Shown here piece after piece: positions 53,123 to 64,000 of a stretch of DNA of 64,000 nucleotides. The notes beneath the pieces are model-generated. The model ran no database searches. It was not told where the DNA came from and saw only the letters and a list, made by a program, of their open reading frames with translations. Position 1 is the stretch's first letter. The number at the start of each line of letters is the position of its first letter. The stretch covers positions 8,804,001 to 8,868,000 of the forward strand of contig NC_087436.1 of the NCBI RefSeq assembly GCF_036321535.1, given 5' to 3'. The translations under genes were made by a program, and so were the position numbers. This DNA comes from Camelus dromedarius (Eukaryota).

Positions 53123-56100
53123 CTACAGGGGATATTTTTAGTTAACAAGAGATTGTATTTTCCAAGAGACATTGGTCCCACTAGCCTTCCCCTACTCTCT
53201 ACACACGCACAATGTGATTGGGCTTAATTTCATACCTCCTTAAACATTGTTGAATTGTTAAAAGAAAATGATTAAAAACACAATTAATTTAATCGACATG
53301 CCTCTTGATTAATTTTGGAAATTGACCTTACTGGTAAGAAAAGGAAAGCATTGTGAGTTAAATATTCATTCTCCAAACACTTTGTTACTTGTGATATATA
53401 TTTTGTCAGTTATGTTCCACATTATCATTGAGGACTGCCTACAAATCTCTGCAAGCAATATTAAAAAAGGGTTTGATTTTCTAGCTCAGTAAATGTGATC
53501 ATATATTAGAATTTCAATAAAAGTGCTCAAGTAACCAGGTCACTTTGCTCTCTTTGCCTTGAAAGAACATTAATTAAAGTGCCCTTGAGAGACAAGATTA
53601 GGCACCCATGCTCTGTTTCCAATTATATTCTTCAAAGGGGACACACTTTGGAGCAAGTACACAGCTTAACTATGACGTACTATCAACACCCTCTCTCATC
53701 ATCCTCACAAACATGATCACATATTATAAAGATGCAGAGAATGCTGATGGAACACACAACAAAATAAAACAGCGTATGAGACAAGGGTGATGAGTATTTA
53801 GAATGGGGCTTAAGAACTGAAGTGAAAAATGTAAATCTATCTTACCTGAAGTAAATACAACTTATAATAGTAATTATCATAACTGCTCAAATGTGTGATT
53901 TTAATGTTTAGTGAATTTAACAGTCTTTCAAGTCATTATCTTTCTAGTCAAAACCAAGAAAATATAATATACTTCATATGAAAAGGCATACAGCCTAGAA
54001 AAAAATATATGATCGCTAATGCTGTTAAACAGTTTGTGAAATAAGTTTTTCTAATCTATTCTGGTTTTATGCTGACAATCTTTCTACAAATATTTTGTAC
54101 ATGATATGTCAGGCTTTTCACCTTTTCACAATCCTACAGTTGCTGTCAAAATGTGACTGGATATTCCTTAAAGAGTATACCACATAGTTCTTATAGTTCT
54201 TGTTGTGTTTTATAGAGGCTATTAATTTTGATTTACAGTATCTGGATTTATATTACTTCTAGGAGTGAAGAAATATAAAAGATAGTCTTTAATTTTTAAA
54301 GAATTTGACAAAAATAGTTTTAAAAATTAACCAAGTTACAAAAAAGTAGATCTATCACTGCATTGAGTTGAGTCAAAACTAAGATTCATGTAACTCTATT
54401 AAAAGCAGGTCTCTTAGTAATTCTGAAACACTTTTACCACATCACTCCAAAAGGTGGTTTTCAGTGAAAATGTTATTGTTTGTGTTGATCTTATGGAAGA
54501 TGTGCTATTCATATCTCTGAAACCATAGGCATATAATGATCCTGATACAGTATTTACACAGCAGTAATTCTGTGCTGGCACTATTCTAAGTATTTTACAG
54601 ATAACTCGTTTAATCTTTATAATAATCCTATGCAGTAAGTGCAGTTACTATACCAAATCCTTGAAAACATAATAAGCCCAATAACAGGCTTGACATTTGA
54701 CTTTACATGAGAGATTAAGAAACTTCTGATCCTAGAATTATAAGCACATCATTCAGAAATTAACTCAGATGTTTCTCATGAGTTGCACAGAATTCACAAG
54801 GTGTGTGTATTTGTCTCTGGAGAAGACAGAGAAGACTTAATTATTCTTTCTTTTGTGATACTTCACAAATTTGTGTGAAATTTGTCAAGAATTTACAATC
54901 TTCTGAGGACTGCCTGCATGCACATACTCTGATATGCATATTCAATAATAAATTATGTTTTTTCTTTCTGCCATATTGGGACAGAAAGGTCTTTTGGTTA
55001 GTATGACTTTTAATTTCCCCAACAATCATTAAGGACACTACATAATAAGAACATCAATGACTCACCATGCCTGTCAAAACATCATGATTTTGTGTACGCG
55101 CTTAACAAAATAGCTTCAAAAATCAAATGGCAACATAATTACCAGGCAAACTTGATAAACCACAACGATAAGCAAACACTGTAATACTTTTACATGAAAA
55201 ATGTAGATTAAGCAACCATTAAGCATAGTGTTGGCTTGGAACAAACCCAGAAGTGTACTCTTACAGGAATACCGTACTCTTCCCTAAAGCATTACGTGTA
55301 TCACTAAATTTATATAGAGTAGAAGGTGTGGTTGAGTTAATTTCTTCCTGAAGTTTATCTATGATCCCTGGGTCCCTTGAACAGTTTGATGTGAAAAGTT
55401 TCAAGTTAGGAAGATAATCATTCACCTTCTTCTGGTCACTGGTTATTTCATTCAGTCAAGGGTTCACATCCGTCATCTCCTAACATCTCAGTTACTCTTT
55501 GTCTCATTCATCACAGAAAGATACAAAAGTGAGAGTGAAAAAGAGGTTTCTTCTGTATTTCATATATTTTCTATTTAGCCTACCTGACGCTTTTTTGTCA
55601 AGCAAACGAACAAGATAATAGTCATGAATGGGGATCAACCCCCGGTTATGTTTTTATCCCATTAAATTTAACATAGAGAAATATTCTTCCCAAAACAAAT
55701 CTAATTCTAATCAACTGTAAATATTCAAGTACCATCACACACTAACCATGACAACAGTAGCATTTATAACATCATGGTAGCCATTTTGTTTTATGATAGA
55801 TACTTTCATACAGGCTCAATGTTGAAGTGGGTTAATATATGTAACAATTTATAGCTTGGATTTGGGAAGAGATCTCTTGTATGTATTATGTGTGGGAGGG
55901 GCAAAATCAACTTATTGGATATTTTTAATCTCAATATGATGATGATTCATAAACAATTTATTTGAATAAATGTAACTTGCAAAAAGCCATGTCCCTGGGG
56001 TTGTCACTATGTATTGTCATTACTTCTTTTAGGCACAGCTGATTTCATATTTTGATCAGTCATAACATGGATGCTAGCATTAATTGCCTCCTCACTGACC

Positions 56101-59100
56101 CCAAACCAAATAAACATGAATGATTCTACCAATTTGTGTCCCTCTGTGGAAGAGGATCACTCAGTATCTTAAATTAAGTCCGGTACTATCAATTAAATAG
56201 TCAACAGAAAATGTCTTCAAACAGACATGTATCTACCCTTCTCTAATATATATATATAGATTCTTCAGAATATTTCCAAAGCAGACCCCTATTTTTGTCT
56301 GAAACTTCAGGAACTCATCCATAAAATATATTAAGAAGATTTGGTCAGATATAGCCTATAGGCAATGTGCATTGTTTTGTTTTCTGGAAGAATATAAATG
56401 TTAACTGTTTAATTTGTCACCATAGAAATATGACACTACTTGACATTTTCTTTTAATTGGCATGTATTTAGTCACACAAAATGAGTAACAAATATCTATT
56501 TAGTCATGCACTTTTTTATGAGTATGTTTATGTTTTAAATATAGCTCATCATGACTTTGACCAAAGATTTAAAAGAAATAGAAAAGGCAGAGGACAAATT
56601 ATATGTCATATAAGGGATGTGAACAAAAGGATGCAGAGTAATTCACATTGTAAAGTTTCTGCACTAATTATAGACTATGTGTGTCATAAGCAGAAATTGG
56701 GCTTATGAGACAGTGAGCAAATAAATATAGGGAAAACGATAATTTTTTAAAAAAAATAATGATTTTATTTTTCACTGTAGTTCCTTGGAGAATTTTTTCA
56801 ATAAAACATAGTAAAAATTCTACATATTAGAAAAAAACAAGCATTTCCTGATGTTACTTACTAATAGAAAAACATTTTGAACACAAGTTTTACACCAGCT
56901 AAAACTGAAAAATATATATATTTTTTAATATGAAATAGGTCAGTCTTGGTTCATTGGCAGATGATAACTTCCTCAATTAGGTAAGGGGCAAACATTTTCC
57001 ATAAATTTAAATTTTAACCGTTTGTTTAAGGTCAAAGTTATATTTAGAGGACATTATATGATAAACGTATTTTATCAAAAATATGGTAGTGGCAAAAGTG
57101 TACTGAAACTAACAACAGTTCCCAATGCTTTTTTGAACGGGTATAATCAACAGGGTAACAGCTCAAATTAATAGCCATTTAATCAGTCTTGATAAATTAT
57201 ATTTTGAAAAGCTCCCAGAAATTGAGAGAATGAATAGTCCTAATGAATGAATAACAAATATTTTGGTAAGTTGAGGATTCCCCTCACCAGCCACTTCAAT
57301 TCTTGGCTTTCAAAAAGGAAAAAAGTAATAGGAATAATAATAATAAAATGAAGCAGGACCTAATCAAATTGGCATCCAGTGGTCAATGTAAAAATGATTT
57401 ATAGTGATGGACCCTTGGGTGATGTTTAGCATGTAACCTGGAAGGAGTTCGAAGAATCAAATGACCTATCAGGTCAGAGTCCAGATGAAAAGCAAAACCA
57501 AACCAGATATTTCAAATGGGAGATTTAATATAGGGAATTGGTTTCATTGCTGTCAAAGCTATTAGGTTGGGAAAAAAAAAAAAGAATGAAGTAATTCAAA
57601 AATAAGTACAGAAAGCAGCTACATCTTCAAGGGTTGGGGGAATTAATTTTTCAATAAGATGGATTTGAGTTAATTGTGGGATATCCTGGTACCTCTACCA
57701 GGGGCCTCAATGAGGGAAAAAGAAACAACTATAGATCAGAAGCTCTACAGTTTGGAAGAAAGAAAGGGTTTGATGAATTAGATTTGTGAGTCGCTGGCAA
57801 ATCATGGCAGCTGCTGTATAATTGATCAAGGAGGACATTTGTAAAGCATAAAATAAAGATGATCACTGTCAAATCATCACTGTGCAGCTCTAAAGAGTAT
57901 GAAGATACACTCTACTTAAATAGAGACTGCTGGAGCATTGATTGGTTTGATGGAAAAAGAAATGAAGATAGTTTCATCACACACCTTTACGTACTAAAGT
58001 CCATTTCTTGAAAAGGGAAAAATAGCAACTAATTGGTGCAAGTTTGATGCAAGAATCTGAAGACCAGCGATGTTGCCTTTCTCTGAAATGCAAAACTTTT
58101 CTGTGAAACCCGGCCGACACTTTACTTTTTACCATATTCATGGATGTGTGTGTGTAAGTAAAAAAAAAAAAAATCTGTGGTTATATGAATACAAATAAGA
58201 ACAGTGTGTGCAGAAATATATTCCTTTGATATGGTATTGACTTAAAAAGGGGCTATGAGTTGCTTTATCAAGATTAGTTTACACAAGAAAAGTTGCTTTT
58301 TTATCCTATTGACTTTTCTTACATTCATTTTGCCACAACCTAAAAGCATGAGTTTTGAATATGTCTACGTGAAAAAAATTCATGAAAATGTGTGAAATTT
58401 CTAAAATCAATAGAGAGATGTAAAACTCCTAATTTTCACCTTATGAATAAATAGCAGAAGAAAATTACCTAAGCACTTGTCCTTTCCATGTATTTTTTTC
58501 AGATGAAAATGAATTACAAACCGCTTGTATTTCAAGCCATTTAGTTTTACAAGTGAGTTGTTGAATTATTTAATAAGCATTTTAGAATAATGTCTGGCTT
58601 TCTAGTTTGTTGAGGAAAGAGGAGGAAAGATTTTACCTTTATATACCTCTAAAATTCTTACTAATTTCTTGATTGAGTTACATGTTATAAGCCATGGAAA
58701 TAAAAACACCCTCTCTTTGAAGATTACATGCATTAATGTTCATATGTCTATATTTATATATGCTCTTGTATATACTAATGCAAAAATATATAATGGTTTA
58801 GTGATGTATTTTCTTCAATTAAATTTATTTTTTCTTAACTCCATAATTAAAATAATGACATATAATCTGTGTCTAAAGATTATCACTTTGTGTGAGTTGA
58901 ATGTCATTTAGGCCACACACTGATTTCTAGTATAGCTTGGTAAGTAAATTTGGAGTAAGCAAAGACATTATTAGGTGTCCCCAATGAAAAGTTACTTACT
59001 ATTTATGGCAGGACTTTCTGGGTTATTCGACTTTAGCCTTTCATTGCCTTTAACGTATTTTACTACCCTGTAAATTGCAGGTAACTGACCCCAATGAAAA

Positions 59101-59946
59101 ATAATTCTTGCCTATGGACTTGCAAATGAATTCTGACAGGAAGAGAGTCAATTGATTTCTCTCCCCAGTTTTGTGGCAAAAGCCATGTTCATGTCGATTG
59201 GCAAGTTCATGGCCACAACTGATTATTCCTTATAAATGCAGGGCTCTATGAATTCTTCAAACTGAGTGCAAATGTGCCTCGTTCCCTCATAAATAATGAG
59301 TTAATTAAATACCTAACATGTTAAATTTATATTTGTAAGAGTCATGGTTTTTCCTTAAAATGTATCCTTTAACACTCTAGATATCTGATTCTTTTTTTTT
59401 TTCTTAGAAAAAAGAAAAAAAAGTCCTAATACAGGCTCAAAGTACTTATGATTATTTCAGATATAAGTGATTATATATCATTTATGATATGTAAGTGAAT
59501 ATATATGGGTGAATTTAAATATACTTCTGGCAAGTTAAAAAGAGTGTAACAAGAAAAGATACTGTGAATAGCAAACTTACAGAGCACCTTCCAGGTTGAA
59601 CTTTTCCATCCTTTATTACTACACAAAGTAAGTTAAAAAAAAAAAGTAAAACTCACTAACTGAATTAAATCTTGAGCTTTATAAGTAAATTTCCTACACA
59701 TATTCTACCAGTTTACTTTGAATAGATAGTTCTTTCATTGGTTTTAATCATCACAACATCTTTTCAAGGAGAAAATACTATTTTTATTATGATATAATAA
59801 AATGCAAAAGTATCAAGAGCTAGTATTTCCTGAAGACACAACGTTTTAACTGGTTTTATTCAAAAGAATTTTCAAATTACCATGCGCTTCTACAGGTCCC
59901 TTAGGCTTTGCAGCACCTTCTGGTGAATTAAGAAAGGCACTCTCCT

Positions 59947-60383
59947 TGGTGCTGGACAAAAGACTCTTGCCTGGCACCGCAAAGAATTCAAGAGGAAGAT
60001 ACAGTAAAGGGAAAGCAAGTTTATTTAGAGAGATGCACACTCCATAGACAAAAGCACAGGCTGTGTCAGAAGGCAAGAGGGAGAGCGACCACGAGGCGTG
60101 GGGTTGCTAGTTTCTGTGGGCTGGGTAATTTCATATGCTAATGAGTAGGAGGATTATTCCAACTATTTGGGGAAGGGGCAAGGATTTCAGGAATCAGGCC
60201 CTGACCACTTTTGGACCTTCTATGGTCAGCCTAGGAACTGTCATAGCACCTGTGGCTGTGCCTTGAGGCTCGCAGTCCACTGGGAGTCGAATCTTCCGCC
60301 ATCTTGGTTCTAACCAGTGTGTCCTGTCCTCATTGCTGTGTCACTCCTTCAGTGGCTGTTCCCTGCCCCCTTCTCCTGTCTCA
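59947..60383 (-). mobile_element. ERV1 solo LTR (MER41-like), copy 3
   Basis: Minus strand TGAGACAGG...caagatggcgg...aataaac...gcacCA. 4-bp TSD tcct at 59943-59946 and 60384-60387. Confidence 0.87.
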
Positions 60384-61522
60384 TCCTGAGTGGACATGGC
60401 TCTGGATACAAAACGTAACAAGCAAATATTGCCTTTGTGAAAAGAAGAAAACACTGGTGAATATAAACCTTCCTGGAAAGAGGAAAGCTCTCCCTGGTGA
60501 ATATGCCCCACCTAGGGTGCCTGGTTTCAACAGGGAGGTACAAGCTAGATTCCGGCCCCACTCACTGCCTTGGCCCAGTGCCTTAGTGCTTTGTACAACT
60601 GATGGCAACCTTGCCTGTTATCGTTTTATACTGGGCATCATTTTTGTATTTCACTATGCGTAAGTGTTCTAATATAAATTCTAAGGGCACCTTTCATGAG
60701 CAAGCATCTATTTTTTATACCATTATATGTATTACTTTATCATAGTATTTCATATATAATATAAAGAGATCAGATGATAAAACTTAAGAGAATGACTAAA
60801 GTGCCATGGAAATACTGCTTTTAATAGTTATCTTATTAGAGGGAAAAAAATCTGATAAGAAAACCAAAGACATAATTAAAAGGAAATGGTGTCTCTATTT
60901 AGTCAATAACACTCCTACTTGAGAAGGGTTTCTTTTCACATTTCACATTTTTCTCATTGTTTGATACCAACTTTCTGGAGACATTACACCTGATATTACT
61001 GATTTATTCCTGTCCTCACCCAGACGTGGCACCCTAAAGAACAGACAGGATTTTGGCTGGGTGTCCATCCAATACGTGATTCAGGATGAGATCTTTAGCA
61101 CAGATCCAACTTTTTGGAATTCTGCCAAGTTTGAGGGACTAAATAAAAAGTTATGTGAGACATGATTTGAATTTCTGTTTTATGTTAATAACCCTTCAAA
61201 TTATCCTTAAATGATCTTTCCCAGACTTGGTCCCAGGGAAGCAAAGAAAAAATTGGCACTTGATTTGAGAAAGATGACAATCCTTTTAAAATTCCAAGGA
61301 AGTACAGCTTTTTAAATAGATCAAGGAAGATAGGAAAAGTGTACCACAGAAGGAAAAACAAACAATATGGGAAGAGGGAAAAGAGGGAGATTGTATCACA
61401 CTGAGGAACAGACCTCTCACAAGCAACTTCCTTTGTTTACTGCAAGGAAGTGTCAAAGAGCAATTCGGGAGAATTAGTAATCACAAGTTATCTTAAGTGA
61501 CAGATTTTTAAAAATCAATCTA

Positions 61523-61724
61523 CAGTATATTCGGGAAAATTTTTTCTGTAAAGGGCCAGAGAGTAAATATTTCAGGCTTTCTGACCCATTCCATCTCTCG
61601 TGATGACATAACTTGTTATAGAGCAAAAGCAGATCCAGGCATATGTGAACAAATGGTCATGGCTATCTTCCAATAAAACTTTATTTACACATCCGGGCTC
61701 TGGGCCATAGTCTGTTGACCATGA
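61523..61724 (+). mobile_element. MER58A-like hAT-Charlie MITE
   Basis: ttttctgtaaagggccagagagtaaatatttcaggcttt...ttccaataaaactttatttac...gggccatagtctgttgacc. Confidence 0.85.
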
Positions 61725-62329
61725 TCTAGAGAATATTGGTATAGAATAGATATTAGTATAAAACTCATCAACATTATTCCTGGGTTTTTGGGTTTTTTTG
61801 GCTCTTACGATGCTCTTAGAGTTTTGGGGAATCAGAGAAAAATATGTATAGATATATTTAATGTTGAATTCAAAAGTAGCAACTTTTTATCTCAATTTAA
61901 AAGATCCTTTAGCATTTGTCATATAAATGCATTTCAAATAATATGTGAGAAATTAATATTTTATGTAAATTCAAGGGAGAATGTCAGAATGGTGGAGGGC
62001 TGCTGTTCCTCATATTTCCCAAGGAAGGTCACTGATTTTCCTCTACTGTCAAAGACTGGGCTAGACCTGGCACTTCTAGTGAAGTAACTCTTGGTCAAAA
62101 GGGATTGTTTTAGGCAGAAGAATTTTGTTAAATACAATCCAGGGTAAATTGGTGTTATATTAATTGGTGAACATAAGACAGAGCTATCATTTACCTGGTG
62201 AGGATGGTCAGGAAGTCTAGATAAACAGGTAATTCAGACCCCAAAGACGATTGTTGGCACAGCTTAAAGTAGTTTTCAAGGTATACTGAATGAGAAAATA
62301 GCACCCTCAGAAAAAGAAGGTATTCACCT

Positions 62330-62490
62330 TTGTTTCACATTCCAGTCACCTCAGGAGCATTAAAACAGGTGCTGTCTGGGCCTCATCCTCAGAAGTCCTG
62401 ACTTAAATGATCGGTGGTAGGGCCTGGACATCGGTATTTTTAAGGGCACTTTAGGAGATTCATATGTGCAGCCAAGGTGTTAAACCATGA
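62330..62490. mobile_element. MER5A-like hAT-Charlie MITE
   Basis: gtcacctcaggagcattaaaa...ctgggcctcatcctcaga...gggcctggacatcggtatttttaa...gattcatatgtgcagccaagg. Confidence 0.75.
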
Positions 62491-63224
62491 TTTCAGAGTT
62501 TAAATAAAGTAGATTAAAAATCACATCACTATTAGGGGGAAAACTGAGATGATGTTAGATCAGGTAGACCTAGTAGATTAAGCAAGGGAACAGTTCCTTG
62601 AGCATCCAGGGCTCCCTGTGATTTGTGTGTGTTGCAGTAATTGTAAATCTGAGTTAGATTAGTGGAGCTGAAGAAAAATATACTTTTTCAATGAATTGCA
62701 TTCCAAGTCTCATCCACTTTCCATGTCCAGTTTAGGGGCAATCTAGGCAATATCCCCAGTCCTCAAATTCAGAAACACAGAAGCCTAATTTTCTTTCTCC
62801 CTTTAAACTTCTACAATGCTTTATCTGAATCACACTTATTTTCTTCCCATGAGCCTCATTTTACTTCTTAATTTTTAAACATGTTTTTCTCCCCTGTTCT
62901 TTTGGACTATGATATGCTGATAATAAGGACCATCTATGATTCATTTTTGAATCATCTACAGGTTCTTGAACCGGGTTTTACATATAATAAAATTTCACTA
63001 CATTGTCATAAAATAAAAAGACCAATACAAAAAAATGTTTCACCTTGTACTATTTTTCCACTGTGTGCATACAATTTGTAAGATTTACTTATGTATAATT
63101 TGGGGAGTGTGGTGTGGCATGAGAAGTCATGACAAAGATATTGCTATCATATAAATTATCTTAACCTTAAAATCTGATATTCTCTTTCTTTTAATTGTTG
63201 GATTAGCCCATTTATATTCATTAT

Positions 63225-63580
63225 TGTTATAGTCTAAATGCATCACTTCAAAATGTATATGCTGAAATCCTAGTGCCTAATGTGATCGTATTAGGAGGTG
63301 GGGCCTTTGGAGTGATTAAGTCATGAGGGTAGGACTCTTATAAATGGGATTACTGCTCTTATAAAAGAGAACCTACAGAAATCCCTAACTGTTTCTGCCC
63401 TGTGAGGACATAGTGAAAAGACAGCTGTTTATGACCAGGAAACCCTCACCAGACACTAAATCTGCCCCTGCCAGGATCTTGAACTTCCTAGCTTCCAGAG
63501 CTGTAAGAAGTAAATGTTTGTTGTTTATAATCCACTCAGTCTGTGATATTTTGTTATAGTAGCCTGAATGGACTAGGACA
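63225..63580 (+). mobile_element. MaLR solo LTR (MLT1A-like), full length
   Basis: TGTTATAGTCT...gtattaggaggtggggcctttgg...gttatagtagcctgaatggactaggaCA. Perfect 5-bp TSD attat at 63220-63224 and 63581-63585. Confidence 0.9.
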
Positions 63581-64000
63581 ATTATGATGATTGATATCTT
63601 TGGACTTGTTTCTATAACCTTTCTTTGTGCTCACTATTGTCTTGTTTTTATATTTTTTTTTTGATACAGTGTATTTATTTGTTTTCTTTTTATTTCATCA
63701 TTTTCCTGTTACAGATTTGGAATTTATATGCTTTTCCCCCTTATTTTAGTGCTAGCTCTGGGTATTTTATCATATATGTTTATTGTAGAAATATCTTTTA
63801 TTCTTTCCCATGCCTTTGGGAAATTTATTTAAAATTCTTTTCATTAATGGCCCAACTCTTTTATGGGATTATTATTTTCCTCTCATTTAATTGGAGTCTC
63901 CAGGAGGTAAGGAGAAATGCTTAACCTCAGCTGGCTTTCTTCCACTCTGCCTTCCTAAGGTCAGTTGTATTTTTCCATCCCTGCTAATAGTAGGTAAATT

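Overview
This is AT-rich, repeat-dense mammalian genomic DNA, not prokaryotic. Five copies of a tRNA-derived SINE with the Vic-1-type head (GGGGAGGGTATAGCTCAGTGGTAGAG...GGTTCAATCCCCAGTACCTCCA) point to a camelid genome, and I saw no Bov-tA, CHR-2 or PRE-1 SINEs. The window lies inside the minus-strand gene FSTL5 (follistatin-like 5). It holds two consecutive coding exons, 48113-47917 (197 bp) and 34820-34700 (121 bp), which together encode the EF-hand pair and are separated by a 13,096-bp phase-0 intron. The rest is intron filled with L1, L2, MIR, MaLR/ERV1 LTR and DNA-transposon relics plus microsatellites. The other ORFs in the track are repeat-derived or chance. I see no convincing new biological system. 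The best curiosities are a chimeric L1 within one TSD, an unexplained 383-bp insert between 12-bp direct repeats, a nested SINE/L1, three related ERV1 LTRs with YY1/POU-like motifs, and candidate recursive or cryptic splice sites. Repeat family names come from recalled consensus sequences, not a search.
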